DNA of 64,000 bases, taken from contig JBDOQK010000074.1 of NCBI GenBank assembly GCA_040437565.1, positions 1-64,000 of the forward strand. The letters are read 5' to 3'. The position numbers and the translations under genes are program-made. Shown here piece by piece: positions 24,262-38,260 of this stretch (position 1 is its first letter; each line of letters begins with the position of its first letter). Below the pieces are notes generated by a model, which saw only the letters and a list, made by a program, of their open reading frames with translations, was not told the DNA's origin and did not search any database. The stretch comes from Albugo candida (lineage: Eukaryota).

Positions 24262-24936
24262 TCATACTTGGTACTCGAGTTGTGGTCCGTCCTGCACCGG
24301 TGAAATGAAGCGTGCTGAGGCGTCAGCGGGAACAGAAGCGGGGCGAGGAAGCTCGTTCGTTTTTGGTTTCAATATCAACGAGTTGGACCGTTCGGAATGC
24401 CATTCAGACACGCAGATGCCTTGTACATGATGTCGGAAAGCTTCCCAGGTGTAATTATTGGGACAAACAGATTCTCGATACCGCCGATATCGAGTCAAAG
24501 ACATCTCATCTTGCTGGACATGATGGAATATCTGATGGTCACACATTCCTAGAATCGCTGTTCGCTCAACCAATTGGTACTTTTGTATCGCCACGCCGGC
24601 ACGCAAGTCGTCATATTGGTTTCGATGGGCATTTTTAGATGGATAAAAAAGAGGAACCTGAATCTGAATGGACGAATGCAGTGGCAGAAGCGCTTTTGCG
24701 AGATACGATTGGTACGCAATCGTCTGAAGCTCAAAGTAATGCGATATTTGAAAATTGACAGGACACTTTTGAAGCAAATAATAGATGAATTCATCGTTCC
24801 ACGTATCAGGACTACAGTTATCATTCAACGTACGTAGAGATGATTGAATTGGTAGCGTGGGAAGAGCTGATGTCACGCAATAGACGCAAAGAACGGCGAT
24901 GGTCGCACGACTTGGAATGTCTGACCTCATGACCAT
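24262..24936 (-). CDS. Orphan putative secreted protein (224 aa)
   Basis: Intronless ORF with N-terminal hydrophobic segment RATIAVLCVYCVTSA-LP resembling a signal peptide. Confidence 0.55.
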   Translation of the reverse strand: MVMRSDIPSRATIAVLCVYCVTSALPTLPIQSSLRTLNDNCSPDTWNDEFIYYLLQKCPVNFQISHYFELQTIAYQSYLAKALLPLHSSIQIQVPLFYPSKNAHRNQYDDLRAGVAIQKYQLVERTAILGMCDHQIFHHVQQDEMSLTRYRRYRESVCPNNYTWEAFRHHVQGICVSEWHSERSNSLILKPKTNELPRPASVPADASARFISPVQDGPQLEYQV

Positions 24937-25205
24937 TACGGTACTTACGGTATACCGAACAAAAGCTCCAAAAAAATCGGCATGTTCGTGCTACAATAAA
25001 AAGCTCTAATAGATAGCCTTTTGATTAGAAACTCGTCTTTCCGTGTGGCATCAGCGATATGAGTTCATCAAATTCTTAGCAGCTGTATTATTTGTCAGTA
25101 CACTTTTCTTCATGTGATCTCTCCAGACGATATTTTTGAATCTCACTATTACGCCTCCTCATTACGTGCTACCGCCGATTCCGAATAGACATCGACATTT
25201 GACGC

Positions 25206-26185
25206 ATGGACTACTATGAGATATTATGTATCTCACGCAGCGCTACTGAGAACGACATCAAAAAAGCGTATGCGAGTGCTTTGTAATGTGCAGTCTTCCT
25301 CGATGACGATGTCATATGCATAGGTACCGGAAGCTGGCGATGCGATGGCATCCAGACAAGAATCGAGGCAACGCGATTGAAGCACAAGAAAAGTTTCAGA
25401 AGATTTCGGAAGCCTATGACGTTCTTATTGATCCACAAAGACGTGCCACTTTCGACCAATTCGGATATGAAGGCCTCAAGAATGGAGTACCCGATGATAA
25501 TGGCAATATGACGAACGGATACGCTTTCAGTGGAAAAGATTCGGAACAGATCTTTCATAACTTCTTTGGTACTTCGAATCCATTTTACCATTTTGGCTTC
25601 AACGAGACGTTACCATTCGCCAGTGGGATGAAAAAAAATGGAGCTGAACAAGCTAAACCTATCGAACACGACTTGCAATGTACACTGGAAGAGCTTTGCT
25701 ATGGTGACGTAAAAAGAGTACCAATCCAACGCAAGAGACTGCTTGATGACGAACTTGTCGATGAAAACAAGACTTTTGAAATCAAAATCAAACCCGGCTG
25801 GAAAGAGGGAACGAAGATCACATTCGAAGGTGAAGGAAATGAGTCTCGACAGCATGAATCTGGAAATGTAGTATTTCGTATTGCGGAAGCAAAACATGAT
25901 TTATTTTCTCGTGATGGCGCTAACCTCGTTTTCACCACTAAGATCAAGCTTGCGGAAGCATTGGGCGATCATTGCGTCTATGTGCCCACGATCGATGGTC
26001 GAAAACTGGCAATTAGTTGCAATGAAGTGATCTATCCTTCTTTGGAAAAAACTTTAAAAGGTGAAGGAATGCCTATCTCAAATTCACCAGGAACACGCGG
26101 AGATTTGATTCTGAAATTTGATATCATTTTCCCCAAGCATTTGACCAAACTGCAAAAGCAGTCGCTGGCGAAAATTCTTGCGTAA
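25206..26185 (+). CDS. DnaJ/Hsp40 subfamily B protein (DNAJB13-like), 2 exons
   Basis: Exon 1 25206-25267 ([21 protein letters not shown]), GT-AG intron 25268-25323, exon 2 [13 protein letters not shown]..; C-terminal domain [30 protein letters not shown]; no zinc finger. Confidence 0.93.
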
Positions 26186-29100
26186 AAAAAAAAAGCTGTG
26201 CAAACTTTCTCCCAAGCACAGATCTGTGCATACTTGCAAATCTTAAGGATACATATATGGTTCAATCCGTAGACGGACGGATTGCAAGCACAATACGAAT
26301 ATACGAATGTAAGATCGATGTATATTGGATAGATATAAAGGTAGACAATCAGTTTCACAGTACCATATCTCTCGACGATCGCCCTCCTCATTCGCAGCGA
26401 GCGACTATCATTCGATATATATTTAAAAAGCCTTCACAGATGAATAATTGCGTGATCCAAATAAGGTAGCTTTTTGATAGCTTTGACGGAAGAGAGGTTT
26501 TGGGTAGCCGTCAGTCTTTGATCCATGCCTATTTCATAACGTATAGCTCTTAGTATCGTCTGTGGTTATGGTAACAAAACAGGCAACCCAATTTGAGCTA
26601 CCATGAAGTGATATGAGCAATCAGCGCCATGCAGCAAGGTTTGTGACTCTGCAGATCAAAGTTGAAGTTCTGCTGAGGTCAACACCAAAGCAAAAAAGTC
26701 ATCTTTCTTTACTAAGGTGTTATCACGCCCAGAGCTGAAAAGAAATCACATCATATATCACCGTAGTATGTCGTTTCGAAGAGGACATCTACCTGACCAT
26801 GCACAAATTGAGGTAGCAGGAATCCCTTCAACTTCCCCTAAGATGGTTTAGGATGGACGGACTGATAATACTGCATAGTTTGTTACCAAAGCAGGAGCTT
26901 AAATCGGATATTGGAATGCCCCAGATTTAACACGCATCTCCGACAGGATGCTCATCCGCACAAATATCATCAATAGTAACGCTAGAGAGAAAGAGAAAGA
27001 GATCAGATTTGCAGTTGCGGTTGAAAAATGAATCCCCACTCAATCGCTTGATACAGCTGGCTCTGAGATTGCTTCTTGTCATTAGTGACGGAGATTCTCG
27101 CTATTTACTTTCTCCAGCTTGATCAATACTCAAAGAAAGGGAAGCATTTTTTTGTTGATTCCTATTCTACCCGAGTGTGATGCTGCGAATCGCAGCTAAA
27201 GCACATGTGGCTCATGCAAACGCACTGGTGTTCTATAGAAAGGTTAGACTGGTATCTTCGCATATCAAACATTTCCAAAAAAAATGTTTACGTCGTCCGA
27301 CTCGATGGTTGTTTTCTCGATACTAGCCTGTACTGTACAAGCAATATATGCTAAAGTACTTCTGGTATCGATCTACAATGCTCGTAGCTGTTGATGCAAC
27401 CCGGATGCGTCATTGGTATATATAATTCGAGATTTTTTTGGTAGAAATTTCCAAAAAAGATCCATTGATTTTCTCAACAAGGGCTCCAGGGGCAAGCACT
27501 GCAACATAAATCTCTACACTTTATTTGAAAGAAGGTGAATTAGTGACTAGCGATTAGAAGTCTCAACAATTTACCATCTCGAACATCACCCCTCGAGAAA
27601 GACCATCGCGTCCCGCGTCTATGATTTTCTTCTCGACTGTTGTTGTTCCCGTTGATCTAAACCAAATGTGTTAATCTGTTATACAGGAGCCTTAGATTCG
27701 CATATTTCCCTGAAACGATGCCAGGTTGTCATCACCAATCTGTATACACATTCCACTGATGCCTTATAAACCAGTTGAACTCCGCGATTATCTCAGGTTT
27801 TTCTGTGATCGAGATTAGAATAGCCACAAAGGAGACATCTTCTATGTCTTCAAAATAATCAATCTCGTATCCACCAGATCAGCTGCCCTCACGCAGCCTG
27901 ATTCACGCCGTTTCTTCCATCCCTACTGTCAGGAAGGAAGGTCTTCAAACAGGATGAACACTAGAATGGAAGGAGTAAGCAATCATTGATTGAGGATCCA
28001 AACGACTGGATACATTGTCTTATATTAATACTAGAGGCTCGCAGTAAATGATACAAGTAACGTGTTTCTTGATGCGTATTTAAAATCACCAACAATCATC
28101 CGTGTCAGTAACCACAAAACAAAGGTGTAGAAGGTTTTGTCAGACGCTCCTTAGCANNNNNNNNNNNNNNNNNNNNNNNNNNNNNNNNNNNNNNNNNNNN
28201 NNNNNNNNNNNNNNNNNNNNNNNNNNNNNNNNNNNNNNNNNNNNNNNNNNNNNNNNAATGTGTTAATCTGTTATACAGGAGCCTTAGATTCGCATATTTC
28301 CCTGAAACGATGCCAGGTTGTCATCACCAATCTGTATACACATTCCACTGATGCCTTATAAACCAGTTGAACTCCGCGATTATCTCAGGTTTTTCTGTGA
28401 TCGAGATTAGAATAGCCACAAAGGAGACATCTTCTATGTCTTCAAAATAATCAATCTCGTATCCACCAGATCAGCTGCCCTCACGCAGCCTGATTCACGC
28501 CGTTTCTTCCATCCCTACTGTCAGGAAGGAAGGTCTTCAAACAGGATGAACACTAGAATGGAAGGAGTAAGCAATCATTGATTGAGGATCCAAACGACTG
28601 GATACATTGTCTTATATTAATACTAGAGGCTCGCAGTAAATGATACAAGTAACGTGTTTCTTGATGCGTATTTAAAATCACCAACAATCATCCGTGTCAG
28701 TAACCACAAAACAAAGGTGTAGAAGGTTTTGTCAGACGCTCCTTAGCAACAAGCCTTTGCTAATAAGAAGACAACATTCTTCCACGGTTACTGCTACATT
28801 TAATACACGGAATCGAGTCGATTGTAATTGTTCGAGGCTTAGTGCATACAGGAATAGGAGCAGATCTTCTTCGGTTAAGCTGCACGGAATAAAAAATGGA
28901 CATTCGGAGTCGACTGGTATCGGACCGATCACGTAAAACATCGCTCACGTGCGTCTAATTATCTCTGTGAGCCGATCGACGTTCACAGATTGATCTTACT
29001 ATGCACACGAAGCTTTCATGCACATACCCGCGCTACACTATACTAAAAAGGGCTCAGGTGATAGTTTCAGACAGTAAAACGTAGCTAGCTCATCACATTG

Positions 29101-31687
29101 TAATGACAAAGCCACTCATTGGCTTGCAGAGTTGTTTCGATATACGAACTGGACGTTATCCACGTATTCATTGAACATGTATCAAACGGAAGAATCATGT
29201 ACCAAGTAATTGTCCACTTGTTCTTGACATTAATGCCAGTCACTTTTTCGGCATAAAAGGCACGGTTTCCAGATGCTTATGTGATTTTCCATAAACAAAA
29301 CTTATCTGACCCTAGCAGATGCGTGTACATTAAATGATAGCATTCGCGATCATGATACCACTTCCCCGATTCATGACTGAGAAACGCAATGAACCTCGAA
29401 GCATTTTGAGGTTCAAATTTGACACAAATAACGACAGCAAGGGAAATGAGGGATTTGCGACCGGGACAAATGATTGGCTTGCTTCTGTAGATCAGAGATG
29501 GAGACCTTCTGCAGCGATACTACCAAGGGCGGATCACAACTTGTCAGCTCGTCATATATGTGTCAGTTACCATAGATGCCATACCGTTCACGAAGTTCAA
29601 AGTGGTAGGGATTCGAATACGTACATCTTTACATTTTGTCCGGCTATCCAAACAGATCTTATACAACATGGATCGACTCAAGTCGACTTTGGGGCATAGA
29701 TGCGCTGTGATCGTACGTAAATTCATTGTCACCATTCGCAAGCTAGCTTCCTTGATTCTTCCCATCATGGTCATCGAAATCAAGACTTGCTCTCCACTAA
29801 GGTTTGCCCTATTCACGAGATCGGGTTTTCGACATTGCTCGAAAGAAAGTCATCATGATTATTATCATTTAAATCGTGCACATGTTGCTAGATCAGTACC
29901 ACGCTTTTGATATTAGGATTTCGTGAGCATTGTCTTTGATTGAGGCATTACTTACCAAGCGGAATGGTATGGCTGACCATCCGCTCGGTATAGCGTGTTA
30001 TACTGCAACCCTACCTCAAGCGAACGACTTGAGAATCTACCCGTGAATAATTTGCTAGGTCGAGATATTCGCAAACAAACAATATCCAGCTAATGAAGCA
30101 CTGACTTTGGCTTACATTTGGTCTACGCCTGAGCTTTACTATGTAACGACTTCTGCCCATTTCTGGTCGGTACTCGGAGTAGTTTGATAGTGTCTACTCA
30201 TGTTGCCCATCGTAGTTGATGACTAGCTATCCATGATAATCTATTCGAACTTCTCTCTAGTTCGTAGTCTAAACACGGGCCATTCTTTTCTGGAGTAGGT
30301 TGTTTCTCAGATACCGATCATGTCGTCACGCATTACTTTTGCTCCAATACTTACTGGATACATGCTTGAAATTGATTGGAATAGCTTATATGCTCAGATA
30401 TCCTCAGCTCCCCGATCAGCACCACTNNNNNNNNNNNNNNNNNNNNNNNNNNNNNNNNNNNNNNNNNNNNNNNNNNNNNNNNNNNNNNNNNNNNNNNNNN
30501 NNNNNNNNNNNNNNNNNNNNNNNNNNTCGGTACTCGGAGTAGTTTGATAGTGTCTACTCATGTTGCCCATCGTAGTTGATGACTAGCTATCCATGATAAT
30601 CTATTCGAACTTCTCTCTAGTTCGTAGTCTAAACACGGGCCATTCTTTTCTGGAGTAGGTTGTTTCTCAGATACCGATCATGTCGTCACGCATTACTTTT
30701 GCTCCAATACTTACTGGATACATGCTTGAAATTGATTGGAATAGCTTATATGCTCAGATATCCTCAGCTCCCCGATCAGCACCACTTCGCGTGAAGCAGT
30801 AGAGCGTGCGCAAGGCATATAACAGCAGGAATCAGCTTCAACACTCAATTCTGCATTAGCTTCGTGATAGTACAATCAAAAGTCGCAGAAGCAAGAACTG
30901 CTGCTGTTAAAAAGTCATGAACCTGGACCGCGCTACCTGTTTTGTAGTACAGGATCCACCGTGGAAATAAGAGTATATTGATTACCATGAATACTAAAAG
31001 CTATCCTATACTGGACCAACACAGCCCAATTACTTCTGTCACTTATGAGACACCCGATCAAAAATGGTGGAGATTGTAGCGAGCGATGGCTCTTCTGCAT
31101 AAGGTCATCATTTTACCGGTCCTTTGCACGCAATCAACTCGGCATGGACGATATCCTGAGTTTTTTCGTATTTACATTAGCGGATGAGCAATTTGGCTTG
31201 TGTCAGCATCGATATTTGATGCACTCATTGACATATTCTTGTTCTGCCGATCGATTGCTGGTGTTACTCATGTGGAAGGAATAGCCAGCTCATTCTGTAG
31301 GAAAGCGTACAAGAAGTTTCATGAGATTCCAACGCTTCCTATATGAGTATATGGCACTTCACCGAGCTCAAGAAAAGATACCAACTCACGAAAGCGTTTC
31401 TTTCCGATACAAATTCAAGCACAGTGATGATTCGAGCAATTACCCAAAGTGGATACCTTTTGATTAGCATCAAAGCTGAGGGTAAATTGCTTCCGGAATG
31501 TGCATAGCTATGAGGTATAATCCGACTGGAATATTGCGAAGCCGTGAGTACTCGAATACCTGATTGGCCTGAAGTGTCAAGTAATACGCGACAAAGATAT
31601 GGCGAAGTTTAAGTGTGTTAAATCCGCACGCTTCTATTTGTTGATGCTGCCGACTAAACATTCTTGAACATCGACCTGTCACCATTA

Positions 31688-33980
31688 TTAATTCAGTGCT
31701 TCTCTTTTCGATTGTAGAGTTCGAATGAACTGAGGGACAACTTGAAGTTTCTCTGTTACTTTCGTTGGCAAAATGATCAAAGCCGCTGGAGTTTGGTATT
31801 CACCGGCATCAGAGGACTCCAAATTTTGGAGATCAAATTCATCCCAGTCTGATGACTCTTGTCGGAATCGTAACGTGTTACCATTGTGACTAAACTCGAG
31901 ACGCGAATTATCGGAAAAAGCGATGCGCAGATGCCCTAGATCGTCCAAGCTTGCTCTTCCTATCCCAAAAATCTCGCACTTGACTGCGGTCCCTTTATCA
32001 AGCCATTGAGCATCATCAGTTCTTTCGCCAACGAGTTCTACCAGCTGCTTCCTAATTTCCTCTTCCACACGGCTTTGCCGCAATAATGTTAACAACCAAA
32101 TGGGCAAAACTTCACACGTCACAAAGGCTTTAGAAACGCTTCCAGCCACCAAGGTTTTTCGTATGGTAAGAGCTCGCATTGTGAGCCAGAAACATAACCG
32201 AAAAAGCGCGTTTTTATACGATACGGAAGACGGGATTGAATTCGCAAGTACATCCCTCTTTAATGGATTTTTTACAATGTAGGAAAATGAAGACTCAAAA
32301 TTCCCATACATATTTTGCTGGCCACACAAAACGCCTGTGGTCGGATCGTAAATACAATTGAGGCCAGCCGAGATGCGTAGAGAAAAATGCCGTAAACTTC
32401 CATTTGATGGATCCTCAAAGCAAGTCCAGCACAAGTCTTCTACTTGCACACCGACCCCAAGACTTGGAACGTCTTGGATTTCGGCTCTGATGATAATTCG
32501 TGACACCAACTCATCTTCGAATTCTTTGCTGTTAATAGACGCTAATGCTTCCAAATCCTCCATTTGTCTCATTTTTGTCAGTGTCTGAGATTTGCCCTCA
32601 CGTTCACTATATGTCTCTTGGCTCTTAGTTTCGAACGCCTCGGAATAAGAAAAATCGACCTTGGATATTTGATCTCTATTAACCAGGCAAATATCCGACA
32701 CTTCATTCAGACTTCCCGATGAGGATGGTTGATGATGCATTCGGGGGCGACAACGTGGTTTTCTTATGCTGCATCGAGTTGATAATTTCCGGAGCCTCTT
32801 TGGTGTCACATATTGATGTTTTTCTAAGGAGATTTTCATTTTTTCTTCATCGAGCGGCTTCAGCCATGCATGACGCAATACTTCTCGTGCTGTGGGCCGC
32901 TTCGATGCAATCTATTTGTTTCAAGTCAGCATCTATTATATAAAATGTAGGGTCAAATTGCAGACCGGATGCAGTAAACGGCGAATCAAATCAGCCGCTC
33001 CAGAGGGAAGCTCTTCCGATAAAGTAACCGGAGTGTGTCTCACACGAGAGATATTTCGAAGTGTTTCGCTACGGGATTGTTCAATTGAATCTTCTACACG
33101 ACGATGTAATTCAATTTGTACCTCACTTTCTTCCCCTCGAAAGGTGGCTTTCCGAGAAGCAAGCAATGAAGCATGCATCCCAGTGACCAAATGTCTACCT
33201 GTTCCGAGTACGAATCGTTCGAATCAAGAATCTCGGGTGCAAGGAAATTCGGCGTCCCACAAAATGTAGAATGGTGATCTCTACACAACACATTAGAGCG
33301 AATCGATTATAATCATACAAATCGCACAAGATGCTGGTCGCCAACCCGAAGTCGGATATTTTTGCTTGATAGTCTTCGGTAAGCAGCACATTAGCAAGTT
33401 TCAAGTCTCGATGGATGACTCGAGCTTCCTCGTGAAGGTATCGGACTCCCTCAACAATCTGAGTCCAATTAGCACGTGTTCTTCAAGCAGCTGCAAGGCA
33501 ACTCGTACGTGGCGAAACACACTTTTAAGCTTTTCTCGATCAAAGTCCACCCAAAAAACGGAATTCTTGCTAGCATCAGCCAGCGATCCCTGGGGGCAGA
33601 GCTCCAAGATCATGTAAAAATTGCGCTCGTCTTGGAAGGTATCCTGTGATGAGATGAACTTCTCAGATTCACATGAGAATTACATTGTTACGTACATAAA
33701 CGCTCAGAATGTTGGGATGGCTCAATGATTGATGCAACGTGATTTCATTTGTGACTTTTTGTATTAATTCCGACTGATGTAAGGCGCTTTTATCGATGCG
33801 TTTGATAGCGACAGATTGCGAATTAGATTGACGAACAGCTGAGTACACTTGAGCAGTAGATCCTTGACCGATGAGCTTAACGATCCGGTAGTCCTAAAGC
33901 ACGGATTACAATTCACGTCAAAACTGTGTCTAGCGCACGAATACATTGATCCTGGGATGCAGAGGCTCACTGGACGACAT
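31688..33980 (-). CDS. PLK4: Polo-like kinase 4 (PLK4/SAK)-like, multi-exon
   Basis: Spliced kinase domain: [58 protein letters not shown]-terminal [33 protein letters not shown] resembles the PLK4 polo-box 3. Probable ATG at 33980. Confidence 0.75.
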
Positions 33981-34415
33981 GGCATTATGTACCGATATAC
34001 CAGTATTGTGATGAAGAGATCAGACCGATTGGGAATCGCTACCACACTTGGATAATTAGACTGCTCTTTCTGACCATCTACTTGTCTAACCTACTATTCG
34101 AAACAGCTTCGAAGTGTCATTTTTTGACGATTGTCTACTCGCTCTTTCTTTGTTGTTATATTCTTACCAGGTAGTGGTATCGTAAAGTAGTCAAAAATGC
34201 TTCTGTCCATTTTGTGGAATGTGGCGATGGGTTTATTTACGATTTTGATTCGGATTCATAGAGAAACTGATTTACGGATAAAAATTCATTAGTTTTTCTA
34301 TAAAATTACATGTGGCATGACTAAACTCTCGACATCGACTCAATAAAGCTATCGATTTGAATTCGATTTGGCAATCGAATAGGAGATACAGTGCAACCAG
34401 CAACTACACAAACGT

Positions 34416-35465
34416 ATGGCGGTATCATCGTATCAGGTTTTAGTGTCCAAAGCACTAACAGCATCAAGCGATCGACTTCAAAAGTACTTAATCAAGCGAA
34501 GACTCGCTCATTCTCTCTTTGGGGACGTCTTACTGTGCTTGTACACACCCTCTAATGAATTGGTGGCAGTCAAACGGGTGTTACTCACCTCAGCCGCAGC
34601 ACAAGTGACGCTCATGACACGACGTCACGTTCGTGAGAGTGTCGCCTTTGAAATCGGAATGTATCGAGCACTCAAAGCTTTAAATGGACGTGGGCATCGA
34701 AATGTCATCCGGATGTTGGACGAATTCGAGCATGATGGGTACCTACACATCGTATTGGAATTCTGTGCTCGTGGTGAGCTTTTCGATGTAATTCAGTCAA
34801 GCGCGGAAGGAAGACTAGATTCGATGGATGCTGCTCGATTCTTTAGACAAATTGTTGATGGCGTTCGTTATCTACATCAAAATGGGTACGCACATCGCGA
34901 TTTATCGTTGGAGAATGTGTTATTGACAGATGATTACGTTTGCAAGATATGCGATTTCGGACTGGCATCGCCAGCTCAATCATCATGCTCAGATCCTGTC
35001 GGAAAGGCTTTTTACATGGCTCCGGAAATGATGCAACGGCGTTATTATGACCCGATCAGAGCGGATATTTGGTCGTTGGGTATCATGCTCTTTATTATGC
35101 TCACTGGCTCACCTCTGGTGCAAGCAGCTCGAAGCTCAGACTCGAGGTATCGTATCATCGCTTCCCATGGCGTAGAAGGTCTGTTACATAAGTGGAAATC
35201 AACGCTTGAGCTACCCACCGCTGCAATCGATTTGTTGGATAAAATGCTACGTGTCGACCCCCAAGAGCGAATTTCATTAGGTCAAGTGGCACAGCACCCA
35301 TTCATGGTGGATGATCATGGTGCAACTGTGAATTCCATTTCAAATAGAAACGATCTTTACACTATTCCGATGCATTTGGGCGCAAATGATAATTTTCTGG
35401 CCATCACTCTTCATCACTTTTTACAGAAAACTTTTCAGTATGTTACCACAAAATCAGTCGCGTAA
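34416..35465 (+). CDS. Ser/Thr protein kinase, CAMK-like family expanded in oomycetes
   Basis: VAVK, LEFCARGELF, HRDLSLEN, DFGLA, VGKAFYMAPE, DIWSLG; intronless, 349 aa. Confidence 0.93.
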   Translation: MAVSSYQVLVSKALTASSDRLQKYLIKRRLAHSLFGDVLLCLYTPSNELVAVKRVLLTSAAAQVTLMTRRHVRESVAFEIGMYRALKALNGRGHRNVIRMLDEFEHDGYLHIVLEFCARGELFDVIQSSAEGRLDSMDAARFFRQIVDGVRYLHQNGYAHRDLSLENVLLTDDYVCKICDFGLASPAQSSCSDPVGKAFYMAPEMMQRRYYDPIRADIWSLGIMLFIMLTGSPLVQAARSSDSRYRIIASHGVEGLLHKWKSTLELPTAAIDLLDKMLRVDPQERISLGQVAQHPFMVDDHGATVNSISNRNDLYTIPMHLGANDNFLAITLHHFLQKTFQYVTTKSVA

Positions 35466-35496
35466 GTCGTGAATGACTTTTAGTCACGCCAGAAAT

Positions 35497-35847
35497 TCAC
35501 CATTCAAAACGAATGAGATTTAGTTCTCTATTTGGCCTTTTATTTTGCTTCAATTTTTTCTGTCCTGCCTTTTTTTTTTGTATATGATCCGACACAAATG
35601 CCTGCGATACAGTTTTTGTATCGCTATGGCCGCACCTTCCNNNNNNNNNNNNNNNNNNNNNNNNNNNNNNNNNNNNNNNNNNNNNNNNNNNNNNNNNNNN
35701 NNNNNNNNNNNNNNNNNNNNNNNNNNNNNNNNNNNNNNNNTTTTTGTATATGATCCGACACAAATGCCTGCGATACAGTTTTTGTATCGCTATGGCCGCA
35801 CCTTCCAAGAGTATACCAGCATGCGATGGCTGGCTGTTGAATGACAA
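35497..35847 (-). other. IQ-motif-like coding fragment
   Basis: AAIAIQKLYRRHLCR resembles an IQ calmodulin-binding motif; gene structure unresolved and crossed by a gap. Confidence 0.3.
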
Positions 35848-38260
35848 ATCATTAGCGATACTGACTTATGTTTTTGCTCGTTCTCGGAGGACCGTTCTAG
35901 TAGTCACTTCATGAGGAATATATTCTTGATCGACCCAGCAATATTCGTCTGATTACGATTCGACCTACTCCATCATTTTGAAGCACTTTTCAAACATGCG
36001 GCACTCTTTGTTTATCGATTGCACATGTTCAAAACCCTGTACTTCGCACGTTATACTCTTCATGTCTTTGGCTTTGAGCAACAGCCTGACACACGGATGC
36101 AAGGCTACTTTTCTTTTTGCGCCACAAATCCTCCATTCCACGATGACCCTGCTGCATATTTTGATTTATGTTAAGTAGAAATCGGCTCTATCAGTTAGTG
36201 CCTTGAGCTCGGGGTAAACGAGCTGCATTAGCTTCGAGAGCAGTGGTACGCAGAGCCAGCTAAAGCCTTTGCATTTGCTCCTTAGAATTTCTGGCTTGCT
36301 CTTGTTCCTTTTGTGTGACCGTCTTTTTGGTAAGCCTTAAGCCATCATCTGTCTAGCCCTCATGGAACTTGCTTTAACCACGCCATCGATGTGGCCTTGG
36401 AGTATACTTTGTCGCATCTCCATATTGCAATTGAATACATAATTTTCATGTCTTTTCCGCTCTCAGAGACAAATATGGTTTAGTGTCACTCAGATCGATA
36501 GGAACGCTCTCTTATACGCGGACACGTGTAGTGCGATGTAATCACTTGGTTTTTTATCCCGCAAGGATATATATACCCTGAGAACAACTAATGAAATGTT
36601 TTGATATATTGAGTCGATGGAGTTAAAGCGACTTGTGTCGAGAATCAGGGGCATGCATTGTAGCATGCCGTGCCAGATGAAACGTGTACGGCACAATATT
36701 TTATGTCAGGGTTCGATCTTGGTGAAGGTGATAGTGATCTCTTAAGACACACGCCTTGAGTAACTAGTATACAAATGTAAAGCCAACCGATTTCACCCGA
36801 ATGTTTCGACTTCAAAGAAGGCGGGGGCTGATCCTACCCATACAACCTGTAGTTCGTGGTCACTACCCGGCAATATTTTGTTTACTATTAGGCTGGAAAT
36901 ATTTCTAGCGGAGAGAAGTAGGCACGTCAATCAAATCGCAATAGCAGAAAATACGAACAGGTCGAAAGCAGCGAAGCGAGTGCATGACCCGAGCGTTGGT
37001 GTAGAGAAATTAGGCACTAAAGACCGTGCTGAAGATTTTAAAATATTACCTTTCCTATAGTTTGGAATCTGAAAGTTAGTGAACGTACTTTTCATTTTCC
37101 TCCAACATCCTTCCTCTGCTGTCATTTACCAGCCCTTTCCAACGCTTAAGACTCCAAGTAAGACACTTAATCAGCTCATAATATCATAAACATGTTGCAA
37201 GCTGTGTCGCTCTGGGATGCACAGGACCATGCGACACATGCGATGAAGTCTACTATAGAAGACTAAGAACGCGAGATATTAGCTCATGGATGGTATCAAA
37301 TATTGATCTTGTCCTAGTATCGATCTATCTCATTTCACGAGAAGAATGGTCTAACGCGAATTGTGATTGATCACACTTCCATCCCCCGTTCAAATCGCTC
37401 GTCTCAGCTGCGCTCTCCTCATTTCACGTTCTTCACCTCACAGTGCGCGTCTCTCTTATGCTCTTCATGGCAGGGCGGGTACTACTTGCTTTCGTATTCC
37501 TCTTGTATCGATGCGATGTTTGGCCTCAACAAAAGTTCAACGCCTAGCACCCAGTTGTCAGTATTTAGACAACCAGACTTCCGGCAATAATCGAACCACA
37601 TAGTTTCCCTTTAAACATGTAGCTTCTATCCCTTGAGTCTTCTTTTTATCATTACGGCATTCAATGGTAAGATAGCTTGTAGTACTCGCTTCAACTTCAC
37701 ACAGTGTAACTCCGTCTGAGCTATACTATAAAAGTTTTATGGTCGCTTGATCAGTCCATTACCAAGGAGGATTTGAATTTTTGTCATCGGAGTCACCAAA
37801 TTTGATTTCCGGAGAGAAAATACGCTATCCGGTTTGAAATTGTTGACTTCGGCAGTGGACTCACACGTATCTACAGGGCAAATAAGACCTTTTGTTTCGT
37901 CGCATTCAAATGAATAGATTTCTCGTCAGGATCGAGAATCATCAATTCATACCCGAGCGTTACAGCTTTCTTTTCCTCGGGAGCGCAACGATAACTATGA
38001 GCAACCTGATACAAACGGCTCATGGACGACCTTTTCGAATTCCAGGTGTCTCTCCTGGATACTGATTTATGATGAGAGTTGCAAACCGTCGCGTCAAATA
38101 TCTGATATTTCTCGGGTGGAAAGATCGTGTGCTACTTACTACCAACTTCAAAGTGATTAGCAATACCAAATCTCCGTGTTATGGACTAGCGTCAGTAAGT
38201 AGCTATAGCGTTGATGCTATTATGCCACACGAAATGCCGCCGGCCGTTTACCCGGTTTCG

